The notes beneath the pieces were generated by a model. It saw nothing but the letters and a program-made list of their open reading frames with translations, was not told the DNA's origin and searched no databases. This document shows, piece after piece, positions 22,261 through 37,500 of a stretch of 64,000 nt of DNA; position 1 is the stretch's first letter, and the number at the start of each line of letters is the position of its first letter. Made by a program: the position numbers and the translations under genes. The DNA lies in the NCBI GenBank assembly GCA_976226885.1, contig OZ320317.1:46810001-46874000 (forward strand). Direction: 5' to 3'. The stretch comes from Iphione sp. A-MEVVRFRX5 (lineage: Eukaryota).

Positions 22261-22989
22261 CTGCTTTTCAGGGGTAATTACTCTATTTTAAGTTTAGAAT
22301 AGTTCACATTCATAGCATAATTTATTTCCTATTTTTAGGCGTGCATAGACAAATGGTTTCATTAAGGGGTAAAAGTGATCTCAGGCCACACTTGAACACA
22401 GTTAAGCAACAGTGCCACAATTCAAAATCTGAATTATCCAAAAATGCGAATGAAATTTGCCTAAACGGCGATCATTCAGTTTTAGCATTTCGACTGTATT
22501 CATTAAAACAATATACCCTTGTTATTCTCACACTGCTTGTTACCAAATGACTTTGCCTAATTAACTTTGCATTAATTTATGTTATTCTGTACCAGGAAAA
22601 TCTGTTTGGAATAGTGTGTACTGTACTAGTGAGGTGCTGGTAAAGCATGTATTACTGTAAAAAACATAGTTAAAAGAGTAGAGTTGACTGACCAGTCAGG
22701 TAAGGGGAAGGATGTTTTGTGAGGGAAAACAGTGTCAGCATATCATTCTTGTAGTTACCATTGACCACTCCTTATTATTGACACCCTTTTATTCCACGTA
22801 CATTGTGATCAAGAACTGGTCTAGGTTGGAGATCCCGTGCTATAAGGTAGCTAATGGAACAATATTCCTGTTGTACTAAGTAGGCCCCCTGATCTCAGCA
22901 TAAACCTGCAAATTCTCCCCTCTCATTCATATAGACATTCAGCTTTACATGGAAATGCTTAATGTCTGCATGTTGCGTTATATAATTAT

Positions 22990-25440
22990 AAAATACCTTT
23001 CATGAGGAGGACGAAGAAAAATCCTGCTAAACAAGAGTTTTGATAAGAACAGAACTAATAATAGGAATATGACACTGACTCGGTAGCATTCACTGAGAGA
23101 AGGGCATTGCCACGTCTTACAAATAATAATATGAATATCCATTATATAGAAGCTATAGAAATGTCTGATGATAAAATGACACATGTTGCGAAGAAGTGTA
23201 AACCTGATCACGCTGAATTAAGAATCATGTACAGAAAATATAATTCTGATATCAAGAACAGACGTAATAAATATCTGTCTAATGTTAATTAGTATCATTT
23301 TTATGATGCTATTAATTCCGTGTCAGATTGGGAGATATTATTAAGTATATACCTCACTGCATTAAATGAAATAACACCGGAAGTTACAATGAATGTTTAA
23401 GAGAAATCCATTAATCAATGGATAGATTAGCTAATCACTGAAACAAATTAGATTGAAAAATTATTTCCTAAAAAGGAAGACAAAGAAATGATACTGATAC
23501 TTGGAAAATTGCTAGACATCTGGGAATGCAAATGAGGAATATTAGAAGAACTAAGAAAGAATATTTAATAAAGAGAAAATTGGCTCTTATGGAACAAATG
23601 CAAGGGGCTATTGGACAGTTAGATTTACTTGGGAAAAATGAATAAAAGTAACATTACGCAACTGATATGAAATAACATTTTCCCTTAGACATTGAAAACT
23701 TTTTTAATAACCCTTTTATTGATGTTGTTCATGTGTTATCTATGTCATTAAATATGAAATAGGTAGACACTGAAGATGACCCTGTGGCTAACATAATGGG
23801 AAAATTAGTACTCAAAAATTTCACTCCTGAAGCAGTGGCCTTGGTTGACAAACATATCTAAGAACTCAAATGTTAATCATATCATTACAAAAATCTTCCA
23901 TATTTGTTACTAATGAAAGTAAATCAATTTACAAAAGTCCTGCACCTATCCAATGATTGTAGTGTGTAACCAGCAGATAGGAAGATAGCCAAAAACATCC
24001 CAATTTTTCAATCAGGGGATGTTCATAACAAGGAGAATTATATGCTCATGCCGCTCTTACAATTACCTAGCAAAGTTTTTGAAGGCTGGTCTATAATAAA
24101 CTACATGTATATCTTGAAAAGAATCAAATGCTAATAGAACATCGGTTTGGTTTTATACAAAATTGAGGTATGCCAGAATCCTTGTATAATGTTTTATTTA
24201 ATGCATATGATAAACATAACCATAAGGAGTATATTGATCTTAGTGGACCTATGTAAAGCTTTTGATCTTGTTGATAGAGGTAGATTATTATTGAAGTTAA
24301 GATCCAACTCTGACTTTATTGGTAATTTTATTAAGTGGTTCTCAATCTACTTAATGAATAGGAAGCAGTACTGTTATGTGAATGGTTTTTCTTTGGCATT
24401 AACACGTTCAAAACATGGGGTACCGCAGGGGTCAATTTATGGCTCCTCTTTTATATATAAACAATCTACCAGCTATCTTTAATCATAATATTACCCTAGT
24501 TGCAGATGATTCATTGATTCTAGCAAATGTATATCAAAGTTAATTGACAAAACTATTAGAACTTGCTCTAAAATGAATGAATGGTGTCATCATAATAAAC
24601 ACTTAATGAACATAATAAAAAAAATAAAAATATTTTACCAGTCTTTCCAGAAAAAACATGGATCTGAAACTTAAATGGTCCTCTAGTTGAATGTCTCTCA
24701 GTACAGATATCTGGGGGCCGATAATAGACAAAGGTTTGGGATTTGATCAGAAACTGATACCATTTACACCAAACTGAATAAGAAAACGTTGGTATTGCAC
24801 AAGATCAAAAGCTTTTTAAGAAGAGAGGATATGATAACCCTCTTTACGACATACATCAGACCTTATACTGACTGTTCAACAATGTTCTTACATTGTAATA
24901 ATAGAAGTGGACTAAACAATTACAGAAAAATCCAAATTACAGAAAATCCAAATAAAATCTTGGTAATGATTAACTCTATGGAAAGAAATAATTGATTGCA
25001 GAAATCCTCCTGTAAGGAATTGCACATGAGATATAGAACCTAAAGCACATAGAGCAGACGATATATATTTATGTTGAATTTGACCCGTAGTATGGTCCTC
25101 CAAGATCTACTACCATTGATAATAAATAATAGGACTAAACATTCAGGTAGTCCTATTATCAAGGTTGATGTACCCCAAACCCCAAAAATCAGAAAATCTG
25201 TATATTATTGTGGATAAATCAAATGCATTAATTTGGCAGTATTACAGAGACTTATGATTGACAAAAATGAATATAAAATGATATCTCTTGTGGTATCCTT
25301 CAAATGTAATTACTATTAATTGGATTCTACACTTTCTATCGCTAACTAGTTAAGTTACATTTTATATTGTATCTGTACTGCGATAAACGTCCTTAAGGAA
25401 TGATAGTCGGATTAATAAATGATTATCTTATCTTATCTTA
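22990..25440 (+). mobile_element. Old 5'-truncated CR1/L2-group LINE
   Basis: RT remnant LVDLCKAFDLVDR..WFSIYLMNRKQY..GVPQGS (24147..24482) with many stops; AATAAA at ~25414 followed by a (TTATC)n tail to 25440. Confidence 0.85.
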
Positions 25441-25562
25441 ACATGATTCTGCTGTCAATGTGGAATAACCTGTAATATGTCAGTTGTCAAGGAGAAAACA
25501 CTTTTAAAAAAACCCACTTGTAATTTCTATTGTTAATGTTTGCTGCATTGTTTCTTTGATAG

Positions 25563-28500
25563 AGTGCAAGAAGAGCGGCGATTATCTGTGGAAAAAGTCG
25601 TCTGCAAAAAAGTTTTTCTTCTGCTACCAAGCCGGCTATGCAGTCTCAATGGAGTGTCTAGATAAACAGGAGATGTGTAAAGTACCTGGAGAAGTGTTCG
25701 CATCATGCATGTGCAAGGGAAAAGACACTAAGTCGATTTTCTACGACAGTAAGTATTATCCACTTTTCCACCTTCATACATGATTAAAAACACGCATGAC
25801 TGCTTTCCAAAGTTGCAATGATAGTGTCCATAAGGCTTCTAAGTGAACCACTACTGACGTAAACATTTAGACAGGCGGGCCGTCTAGGCTTTAATAGGTG
25901 GTTTTCATATTGGATATTACTGGAAACAACCACCACGGGATTGAGTTACACTACTGTGCACCTGTTTGTTGTCGCATGCTCTAAGGTGTACAGTAAGGCA
26001 TCGTCACATCGACCTTCATTGTAACGACGTATTCATTATAACACAGATCTTAAAGCATGTTATAAACCTTGCTTCAGTGTAGTGACATTCAATATGAAAT
26101 GTTTCTGTAATAGCACTACATGCTCATAAGGCCCCAAAATAGCATGCTGAAAAAATGTAGGGTTGGAAGGTTGGTGGGTTCTTGGTCATTATCAATGGTT
26201 TTTGTTTATTTTCAATATTTCTTATACGAAAATCTGTATCGACATGAATCTGTAGTTAAGGGTGGACACGAGTTCAACTGAATAGAGAGCAAAAATATCA
26301 TACCCACTGGTAGGTAGAATATATGTTCTTACATATATTCCATGTCTGCCCGCCTCTCCTTTGGGTTATGATATTAGAAAGGTGTGCTGCATTAGAACAA
26401 TGGTACAATTTTTTTCATCCTGAACGCGGCCGCAGGACGTGACGTATTTCTTGAGCATCCCTATACGGGGGCTGAGTAAACAGCTGTACTACAAAGTTAC
26501 CTGGGTGTCTTATTCCTGTGATCAAAGACGGAGTATAAAGAAAACCCCAACAATGTCAATATACAGAGAGAACCACTCACCGGTCTCTCCACTTCATTTT
26601 ATGGGATTAAAACCAGTATATTAGAAGACGGGCTAATACACCACTATCAAACAGTATTCAGCGGAAACCTGACTGAACATTGTATCTGTGGACGTGTACT
26701 GCAAATTTATAAACCAAATGCAAGTTGTCTGCAATACTATTTTAAAACAGTCAAACAGGCACAGCACGGTACCAGTTTTCTATGTCAAACGCCTAAGGGT
26801 GCTGATGGAATTGCTAATGGTATTACTCTTCCCCACAGAATGTCAGGAACGTTTTAGAAAGTTGCCCGACACAAACCGATCAGGTGGTATCCTGCAGAAG
26901 GAGCTGGATACTATAGTGAGATGCGAGGATCACTGTTTAAAGACAGTGTACTGTGTGGGATACGTCTTCCGACAGGAAAGTAATACTTGCACCGTATTTT
27001 ACCATGAAGGGTGAGTACCGAAAGCTCACTCAAGTACAAAAGTCGGCAATTCTAGCTCCGACTGAGCCATAACATAAACGTAACCCAACGCCCTATACTA
27101 TTTAGAAAGACTACATCCTTCGGACATTCCTATGCTCTGAATATACATTTCACACGCTTGCACTCTCATGCTGCCTTCGAGGATATGTTTATGCTTTGCC
27201 ACATGCAATACCGCGCAGATTGTTGACGGTGTCATGTTGATGTAGCCTGTAGTTATCTGATGAAATAAGAGGTTGGGAAGGAACAAGAATATCCTTTTAC
27301 ACAGCTCTTCACGTCCACCTTTACCTTTACACGCTAAACATATTTATATATGGTATTAAACCTTATTATCCTAAATAGTATCACTGTAGCACAATAATGA
27401 TATTCGTCAGTTCATAAGAATCCCTAGTTATATTAAGTGTTAAGATAAGTCAGTCAACATTTACATGTATATATATAACGAGATAATAATTCCTGTGTCT
27501 TTTTGAATTGTGGGCTCTCTATTTTCTCGTCGGACAGAAGTTCGTCTGGACTTCTAACGGAGAACGGTGTTGTGTTCTACCTGAAGAAACCTTGTGCTCT
27601 GAAATTCGGTTACAAGCACCGAGAGATTGCCGCCAAGTCTGAGGGAAGATTGTCGTCTACCACACCGTCATCTCCGACAGGCGAAGTGAACCCTGAGCTA
27701 AAAGAGCAAGGAGCCGCGGCTGGCGGTCCAGCAGTCTACCCAAAACAAGTCGAAGGAAAGCAGGTCAGTCGGACTGTTGTTTTTTTTTTAAATAATTGAA
27801 TATTTCTTAGTGGCATGGTTATATACTGTAGAGGTATGTACGCTCTGTTTATGATTATGTTAAGTACATGTGTGCGATGGCCCTTTATAGGTTTGTCATT
27901 GCTCCAATTTCTCCGTCTCTTTTATGCAAACATTTAAATACACTTGTTTGTGGCATCTTTGTAGTATGACAATGAGTCATGTGTAGCCGCGGCAATGTAC
28001 ATGTGGCCTGATTACAAATGTGTCATGAGTCTATTATTACCCTAATCTGAAACCCTCATGTGTCCCCTAGATGGCATGACAGGAACTTGACTTCATGACT
28101 TCGAACTGAGGAGTGCTTTGTATTGGCCTTTTTCCTACGACGGAGACACGGATCTATGCTGGCCTGATGTTAAAGATCAAATGCATCTAACGTCATGCAA
28201 CATAATATATATATATTACACGAGAAATCATTTCACACTTTCGATGTTAAGTATGATTATTTAGGCATCTATGTACCATGTCGGTTCACTGTCTGCCGGC
28301 CATGTGACAAGTCAGTTGCCATGCCCCTGTCCGAAGGACACTTAGATTATATTTCTTCTCCTTATCCCCAGATACCTGGTATCAGATTTGACTGATTTAC
28401 TAGACAAATCTGTATTGGCCAGTAACCCTTCAAGCTCCATGTGAGACGGAACCAAATTTTTCTGTGATTTTTCTTGCTAATCCCATCATTCAGCGACAGC

Positions 28501-31500
28501 ATGATGCCTAATAAGGAATAAGTTTCTTTGCCCTGGATCCTAAAATCTCTTAGCATAGAAATATTTGACATTTTAATTTCCATTATGAATTATGTGACAT
28601 GATATTTATAATCAAATCTTACCACATTAATTGATGCACTGTTTCACCAATGGGCACTCCACCCCTTTAATGATGGCTACCAGCCAACAGGACCGTTGAC
28701 TGCCTCTCCTCCATGACCCCAGAGGTGCAAACTGGTAAACTAATTCAGCAAGCTTGCCCCTACAAGCTGGTAGAGGCCCAGATTCATGCATAGTCTAAAG
28801 CATACTTCATTTTCCATCACTGTAACTACAGAAGAATATAGCAAACTTATTAACTTGTTGTACTATCAAGTGGCCAATCAAGAACCTTCGCACTTACTGC
28901 ACCATGCGCTCCACACAGCAGCACAAAGAAGTTCTCCGGCTGAACTACATATATGTGTAAAGCCTCCCTGACAATATCTAATCATGCAGGCAGAGTCTGA
29001 ACAGAATGTAACATACGCCGGAGTGCTCGTAAAAAGGTACAAAAACAAAAGAACTGTGTACAGTCATGCATAAAGACGTTTACAGGTAGCAGGAAATTAA
29101 AGACAAAATTACTGCACGGGAAGCAAAAAGTGTTGGGGTTGAATTTGGAAAAAAAACAAGAAGATAATATGCTCTAAAATATAGAGAAAGTTGCGTGTTC
29201 TTTATCAGGAATCTTCTCCTTATCTCCAACTACAAGGAGGCGGCCAAATCCTAGTCTAGACGCTGAATGGGAGTCACTTTTCTTGAAAGATGACACTTCA
29301 TTGGTTGGGCTGCAGTCTATCCTGGGAGGTGTGTCCAACCCTAAACACGCTGTCACAGGACGACCACTCATGGGCCCTCCTCCGGCCATTTTCTCTCCTC
29401 GTTGGCCTGTTTCATACATCCACACTTCAGAGTTGACGTAGTGCTTTAGAGCACGGTAGATGTTAACCTTAAATATGATAAACCCCTTGAAAACACGTAC
29501 ATCTACATTTACATCTTAAAGGAATCGTCACTTGTATGTACACAAAAGGAAAAGTGATTTCAAATGGGATCATTGAATTTAGACGCTTTCGTCATTGCAG
29601 AAAAAAAGTTTTGCGATCAACGCGAAATAAGTACTTAAATTGTATGCATATAGAGTTGACTCTTTCGGACTGCTAGTGAGTATACCATCAATTTTGCTAC
29701 ATAAGTGATTTATTAGTATTTTAGGTAAGATATGAATTAAGAAAGCTGGAGATGAAATGAATTTAATCGTTTTTCTTAATTCGACTTAACCCTTCTAAAA
29801 CAAAATCACCTTCACTAACGATCAGTTAGAGTCAGTCGAACAGATGACCATAATTTTTCGAAGACGATCGCTGTATATTCATGTGCATGGACTTATGTAT
29901 GTGTATACTTATAATGTATGTGTCTCGACATAAGGATATGTACATTAATGAATGTATGTATGGGTGTATCTAAATGCATATATAGGCCTATACATATAAT
30001 TAATATATCTCTATGTGTTCGTTAGTCGTTCGTAAACGTACTGCCTGTCAAAATTCTCTGACCGCTAGTCAGAGGGTAAAGGTAGACAAATGTACGTTGA
30101 AGCCAGTCTTTTTCCAGCCAGTTCGTCACACTACTTCTGGAAGGTGGCCATTGTTCACTCGCTGATATGTTTTATCATGCGATCGTTTGCCCATTCGTGG
30201 CTACAGCGAACACTTACAGACAGTACCTAGCTGGTATTGTCGCTTTATGACGCACACTAAGGTAGATGAAATATCAAATGCAACAGCCAAAGCACGATTC
30301 AGGATGCCAGAAATGAAAATAAAATACTGAAAACAGGTGTGGAGATGTGACATTGGCAAATTGTTGTTCTGTACAAATCGACCTACTGTAGCATAACACA
30401 ATTGAAGGAACAAGGTGTAGCAATGCTGTATCACCTTGTTTTGGACATGTGCAGTCTGACGAAACTGACGTAAGAAACGGTACACACTTAACCTGAATTG
30501 AATCAGAACATACTCAATGATGTGCAGAATCAATATACGCTGTGGATGAGCGCATTCTCCCCACAGACGTGGACGATTCATTCCATTTGAAGGAATAAAT
30601 ACGTCTGAATAACGCCATTACCTAAAGCTTGTTTTTTTTCCTGTCAGATTGATGGTTCGGCTTATCCTCATTCTCATGGCTATAACCAGTATGACGAAGA
30701 TACCACAACACCCAGCGCGGCCAAAGCCACAACCACAACTATCCCTGACTCAGGTAAGCACCAGTTCTCTAAAGGTTAATTCACCGTAGTTTAAACTTCC
30801 CTTTTGGAGAGATTTACACCTTGTCTTCCCGTTGCTCATCTTCATCCAAGATATTGCCAAAGTTCTCATGTCAATGAAAAAGGTCCATGTCCTAACGTGG
30901 TATTGCAGTACATATCGTTTAGACTATGTACTAGTAGAGTTTATGCAAGAATGAACAGCAATATGGAAATTCAAATTATTACTAGATATAAACATGCAGG
31001 AACACTAAATATGTTTGCATGGGCTAGGATTAGGTCACCAAAGTCAAAACCCGGCCTCCGGTCTCAACCAAAGCCTTAGTAAACTGACTTTAGCCCTCAT
31101 CCCGTGTTTAAACGGAGGCAAGCCTGAAAAAAGATGACCTCACGTTTCCAAGGAAAACTAGTCGCCATTCTGCTTTTGAATACTCAGGCTTGACATTGAC
31201 TGCTACCCTGGCGGAATACGACAAAATGCACCTTATTCAAAACGTGGCCTAGCCATGTAGGTAGCTTGTATATACATGTGGCTAATGGGACAAAATATGG
31301 ATCATGATCGTTTGCGTGACAACGGTGTTGTTTCTTTGATAGGATCAGTCTTCATGATATGATATTATTTGTCGTGTGTTTATTGTTTACGCGTGCTTAT
31401 TATTCTCTTTGAAGGATGCCCGTACGGCCTCAAAAAGTACGAGGGTTTATCCCACCCAGGAGGGCGCATGCTCAAGCACGTTGCCGACTTGGAAGAATGC

Positions 31501-34500
31501 AAGAACTGGTGTCTGAACTTAGGGTACTGTAAGGGTATCGACTACAACATTGACCAGGGCGTCTGCTACTACCACCGCGTCTTAGAGGACACTGCTATGG
31601 AACCCAACGCCAACGTGTGGCACATACGCAAGGAGCCATGTCAGCGTAAGTACACCAGGCTCCCTTTACCTGTCCGTCTATTTGTCATCTTCGCTCTTTT
31701 TGCAACAAAGACTGCAGGAACGCAGGCGGGGTCACTTTAAGGTGTTTTTGCTTCAAGGCCCGTTCCCTGGGAGTTTGTATTTCATGCAACTCTGCATCCA
31801 TCTATATTCCTTTCTACATGTGCTTCTCTGATCCTCTCTCTCTCTCTCTTTGTTCTGTCATTTTTCTGGTTCAGCCTCCTTTATTTCCCTTTCCCCCCTC
31901 CGCCACTTCTCTCTCTGTCATGCTCTCTTTCTCGGTCTCCATCCCTTTTTACGTGTTCAGAGGGAGGGGGTTGGGTACGGCCACTTCAGCCAAACATGGT
32001 TCATCAGAGACATCGTACATTGTACATCATGGGTTACTATATCACCCCTTGCCAATCGTCATCCCTTCATTCATTGGTAAGGTCCATATCGTTATCACAT
32101 TGTAAATCTCATGGTTCATATGTCTTATTACACCACTCCAGGATATTTCCGATCAAAAATGGTCATAGCTCCGAAGATTAAAAGTGTAAGAATAAAAACC
32201 GACAAAACCACCTCTAGCCTGTATTATCCCATTGAAACTAAATTATCTCTGGGCTTTTGTATACATGTAAAGAAAAACGAATTTAGGGATTTCCGTACTA
32301 CTGTATACAATAGATTCTTATGGATTACATTTGATAGTGGTGTGTGTGCGTGGGTGAAATTACAGGAAAAACAACACATCTTTCGTTTCAGCTCCACTCA
32401 AGTGTTGGTCACAAATCAGTTACAACTCCTCCAATGTTGACCCAACAACGCCTCAAATACCTTGTCAGGGGAGCTGTTTTGTCCGAGAAAAGATCTTCAA
32501 TACTTACACAGGTTTGATCGGTTACCTTTTTCATTTTTCCTCATCATTATAATGCAACAAAGTACACAACTACTTCATGGGGTGATGTTCCAGGGGGATC
32601 TTGCAGTTATTTTCTCAGTGGCCTAACAGTAGGCAAAGTGTACCGGTAGACCAGTGGCTACTCACGGTTTGCATAAATCTCTGGTTCTGAAAACATTACA
32701 ACACATCTGAAAATATATTATGTGCAACAACATCGATTATGTAATAATGCTTGAGGTGGAGTGTCTGCTGCAATCGGGAGATCCCACCCCATGCTTGTGA
32801 TCTGTCCCTGCATCACAACCTCCGAACAGCTTAAGAATCTGCTTTCTAGTGCGGAAATACTATAGACAGTAGGACGCTGCTCAATAGGAATAGTTATTTC
32901 CTAGATGATCTTGTAAAGAACAAGTATATTAAACTGTTGTCAAGTATAGAAACCTGTTTCTATTCCGAACTCTCTGCTCTGTTTTGTGCGTATTCTGTTT
33001 ATTTATCAAGCCAGTTTTTTTCTCTCGTGTAGTGTTCGAGCGTGGCTGCCACGTGTCGAACGAAGCCCCCAAGACGAGGTGTACCGTTGACAAGACACTT
33101 TCCGGCCTCACCTGCTTCTGTCAGACGGACAGATGTAACGGCCTTAGTCTGGCTGCTCAGGCTGGTGAGTTGACAGGCAGACGAAAACCATCGGCCGTCA
33201 TTGTTTTCGTCACAGAGCCAATCATCAATAAACATGTTGCATAGGCACCACTGAGCTTATCCTTTGTAGCTGGGGGTCCATATGGCTGTGATTCACTGGA
33301 TGCATGGCAGCATGTATGCATATACATAGAGATATATATCCGAGAATAGTTTATATCGAGATATATTAACCAATAGATGCTAATGATCCCCTCATATCTA
33401 TACTTTGAAGGCCAGTGGCGATCTAAGAGATTTTACGATTTATGATGTATTTCTTTCACCACAGCATAGCTCAAATCTTACATCTTTCTTGTCCCATCAT
33501 ATGCCTTCCAGCCGTACTTCTCCACCTGCCACTGGATGGCCACCTTAACGATGTCTCTGGGCTTGACAGGCACGGCCAGGTGGCCATGAACTTCGGTATA
33601 CCCAAGACATCGTGCCTGGAGAAAGCCATTAACTGTTCCATGGTCTTCCATGGCCAGCAGTGCATTTCAGTGCCTTCTATGGCCTCGCAGGCTTATGGCG
33701 ATGTCAACTTGGAGAATGTCTTCACCGCCATGCTTACTGTTTCAGTCTGGTAAGTGCATATTCAGCTCTTGCTGTGCGCTATGCTCGGGAGCATGGGATA
33801 TAAGTAGGAACCTGTTGGGTGCATACACCGATTTAGTGATAATTGCGTCGAATAATAAGGGGTATGGGTTGACTGTACCCACACCCGACTGTCCAGCTAA
33901 ATTTTGAACCGCAACATTTCTTAAATGAATGCAAGACCCTACCCTGTAATCCTCCGAAAGATCAATGAAAGTTTTGTCTGTTTCAGTTGAAAGGCAATCC
34001 TGTACTGCCGGATATATTCAAGCGCTGTGCATTCTATCAAAGAGATTGCATATGTTACGACGAAGTGTAGTAATGAAATATGCAATTGTTTATTAGGTTT
34101 AAAGCTGCGAAAGAAGAGACTCCAAGCCAGAGGGGTATCCTTGGCAACGCCTGGAGCTCAGGACAAGAACCGACATGGGCTTTCAGAACAAGGTAAGGCG
34201 AAAAAACAAGATTTTTTATATGACATATGTAATACAGCGTGCAAAAAATATAGTTCCGGAGGGAGACTATATCGCAGGGGCTTGAGATTATCCGCTTTTC
34301 CCTACTTTTTACTACTACGGGTAACTTCGTGACTATCAAAACCCCCATTTTTAGAATAGGGTCCTGAATTGAGATGCTTAGGAAGAGGAACAATCGTTGT
34401 CTGTATCTTCACATTCACAAGGACAAACCTTCCTGTTAAGGGAGGAACATCCCACATCCAGGAAGACATGAAGAAGAAATCGTTTGTCATGCAGCACACC

Positions 34501-37500
34501 TTTTACATATCATAGCTTTTTACATACAATTTGATACCACAGTTTTCTTTTACAGGGGGTTGAAAAGGCTACATTAGAATCATTTCCATCCTCCAAGTCA
34601 TATGATACTTTCAGAGGTTTTAACATTGTAAATGGGAGAATAACATGGAGTGCTCGAAAGGACAATTCAGACATAATTCCTAATTATATTCCCAGTAGTT
34701 TTCCAGTGGGACATTGGCTCGCTACTCATAGCCACGGGTCATACATATTAAAACATCAACTTTGGCACGTTTTCAATAGTTCGAGTGTGCATAAACAAAC
34801 AAGTCATCCTGTTGGTGAGCGTAACTGCATAGACACTACACCACTGGTACCTTTGTTCAATATATGTAATAGGAATAAGCTATACAATTAGCTATACAAT
34901 ATTCCCTGTAGCTTCGTGACATGGAGAACATTTTAGTTTTAGTTTTGTATATTGTGAGCTGGTGATCGGGCGCCAAATGGGAAAGGTCTCCCCTAGCATA
35001 TCAAGAGGGGAGTGCCGTACATATAAATTCTTGGTCCTTTACTGAACCGTTTGAATGTATGTGTGCCCGGATCGAAGATGTGTTAAGCTGTGCGCCTACA
35101 TCCCAGGCATGCCCTGGTACATTTTATCAGCAGCAGCAACATTATTAAAGATGTTTCATCACTCTCTCCTACAAATCTTCAGATCAAATAACACTAGACA
35201 ATCATGCCTTGACTGCCCTGAGCCTAACTACTAGGTGCATATCCATCTTGAACAGCTTTGGCATTATTTGTCCCAGTTTCTTCTATCACAAATTTAAGGT
35301 GCCTTTTCTTGTATTACGGCTTTATAGTGTCCTAGAACCCGTGGTCCAAGGGCTAGAGTACAAGGGTGTTGGGAGGGAAGAACACCAATGTCACATCCGT
35401 CAGTTAGATCCCTGCGGAATGACAAGTACATTGTCTAAGAAGGGAAAATTGCCTATTTCCCAAGGTAGTTATCCTTCTTTTGAAGATGGCAGCCACTGTT
35501 CCAAAATGAATGTCACAATTTTGTTGTCGAGACACCGGGTGATTGGAAAGTATTTCAAATCCAGGCTCCAAATTCTTGCCCTGTAGAACACTCCGGAAAA
35601 GCACATCCTCATCCAAATATGATGCCCTTGCCTTGTAACCTCTAACAATACCACAAATTTCCATAAGTACTTCAGAGATAACTATTTCTTGTTACTGAGG
35701 GTAAATAGATCTTTATCTGTTATATCCGAAATAAAACTGCAGACCCTTTAGGGCAGTGAGAGCTTCGTCGTCGTAAGTACCGGCATATGACTGGCATCAA
35801 GCTGGAAGGAGCTCTACGACATTCCCTCATGGCTGATTGGGGTGCAGTTTTTCCCATAGGTCTCCGGCTCTCTGGAGGACAGACTTTATTAGGCTCATTC
35901 CAGTCCCATGGTTCCCCAGACTTGTCCTTTGACTGGCATAAATCAATCAATATGTACATCCATCAATGTAAGGTGCCAAGGTGTCCTCCATGTATTTTGT
36001 GACTGATCTTCATAATATGGACTTGGTAATTCTTCTTAAATCCAGATACAGGGCAGAAAAAACGACTCTAAGTATTTGTTTAACGGCGAAATCTGCTGGC
36101 CATTTCCAGACATCTATTTCCCTCCAGCCTTTTCATTTAGGGAAAACATACTTGGCAAACCTATCTTGCGAATCTATAAACTTACCAGCTAATCTTTCTG
36201 CATTCTAACCTCTAGTTCTCTAGCCGGTAATCTTGTCGAGGCAGGCATCAGCACGATCAGTGACAGCTTCGAGCCAGACTTCAAGTACATCGTGGCCAGC
36301 CCCGACCGGTGGCACCACCTGGCGATGATCTACGATTCTACTATGGACATAGAAAACAGCAAATTCCCAACACTGCGTGTCTATTTGGACGGGGAAGAGG
36401 TGGATGGTAACATGCAGGCTGATATGGGTATGTTCGTTGTGTAGGGGCGATCAATACCAGCCATCATTTGATACATTCCTGTTGACTTTCGTGTGCATAT
36501 TTAAAAGCGGACAAGATGCTACGTTATTGCACATAATGGAGTCGATAATGCCTCCATGATTGTCCCTGTGTAAAAATAAACTATATATACATATATGTTA
36601 GAGTAAAGAGACATCTTCAGCTACTAGTAGGCAAACAATCGCAAATAAGGAATTAAATCTATCTCTCACAGGCGTTTGTAATGAGTCCCTTTGGCATATT
36701 TTGGTGCTAGTGAGTCATACACTGACAGTAGTGATTTACAACACATTCACAGTAATATGTCATGCATGGGAAGCAGATATTTACACGTAATAGTAGAGGG
36801 AGGCTTCGAATAATGAGTCCTGTGAGAATGATACCTCTTTTTAAGCGAAATGGATATTTTATTAAACTTTGTTGCCGGATGCCACTTTTGTAAATATAAG
36901 AAAACTGGTGGCCATGAATACTTCACATGTTGTGGTAATTTATACCATATATGTAGTAGTAATGAGCCCTGCAAATATTGTCAAGTTTTGGAACAGTCCA
37001 TTTGCAGTCCGCATAAGATGGATTGTACTGTATTATATGAGGATATCAATGTTACGCACTGTCGTGAGTAGCTCTTATTAATTCTCCTGGCACAGGTAAT
37101 ATCATCGTCCGAAAAGAGCCGTTGACTGTAGGATGCCTGATGGGACAGGGCTTTGTTGGTTGTATTGATGATGTAAGTGAATATTCTGTGCAATACAACG
37201 CGATTTTGCCATGTCTTAATCTCCAATTTTGCTGAAAGCCATTGTTTTTTATTTCGAATGATTTGCGTTTTGAGGTAAAACTGCCTTAATAAAAGGAATT
37301 GTATTTTAGGAAAAATGGTAAAGTTTCAAGGATATATCACTGCATGTCACAGTATCATAGTCGTAACGATCTGTTCTCTGAAGGTGTGTGTCCAATATAT
37401 TTAAGTTCTGAGATGGCTGAAGTATCTTCGTTCAATCCACATTTCTGACCAAAATCACTGGCTCCGGTAGCCAGACAACTGGTTCTCGAGTTTCCACGGT

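Noticed and set aside
28070-28200. Acceptor-like site followed by coding-looking sequence
   Set aside because: All three phases hit a stop within a few codons, and exons 27763 and 30648 already join in phase.
31960-32080. Possible extra gene 1 exon (acceptor near 31960, donor GTAAGG near 32077)
   Set aside because: The frame and phase combinations either do not fit the flanking phase-1 exons or give no module-like peptide.
35720-35959. Nudix-box-like motif (CPPESRRPMGKTAPQSAMRE) on the minus strand
   Set aside because: It lacks the EExG end and lies within frameshifted pogo/Tigger transposase sequence, which explains it better.
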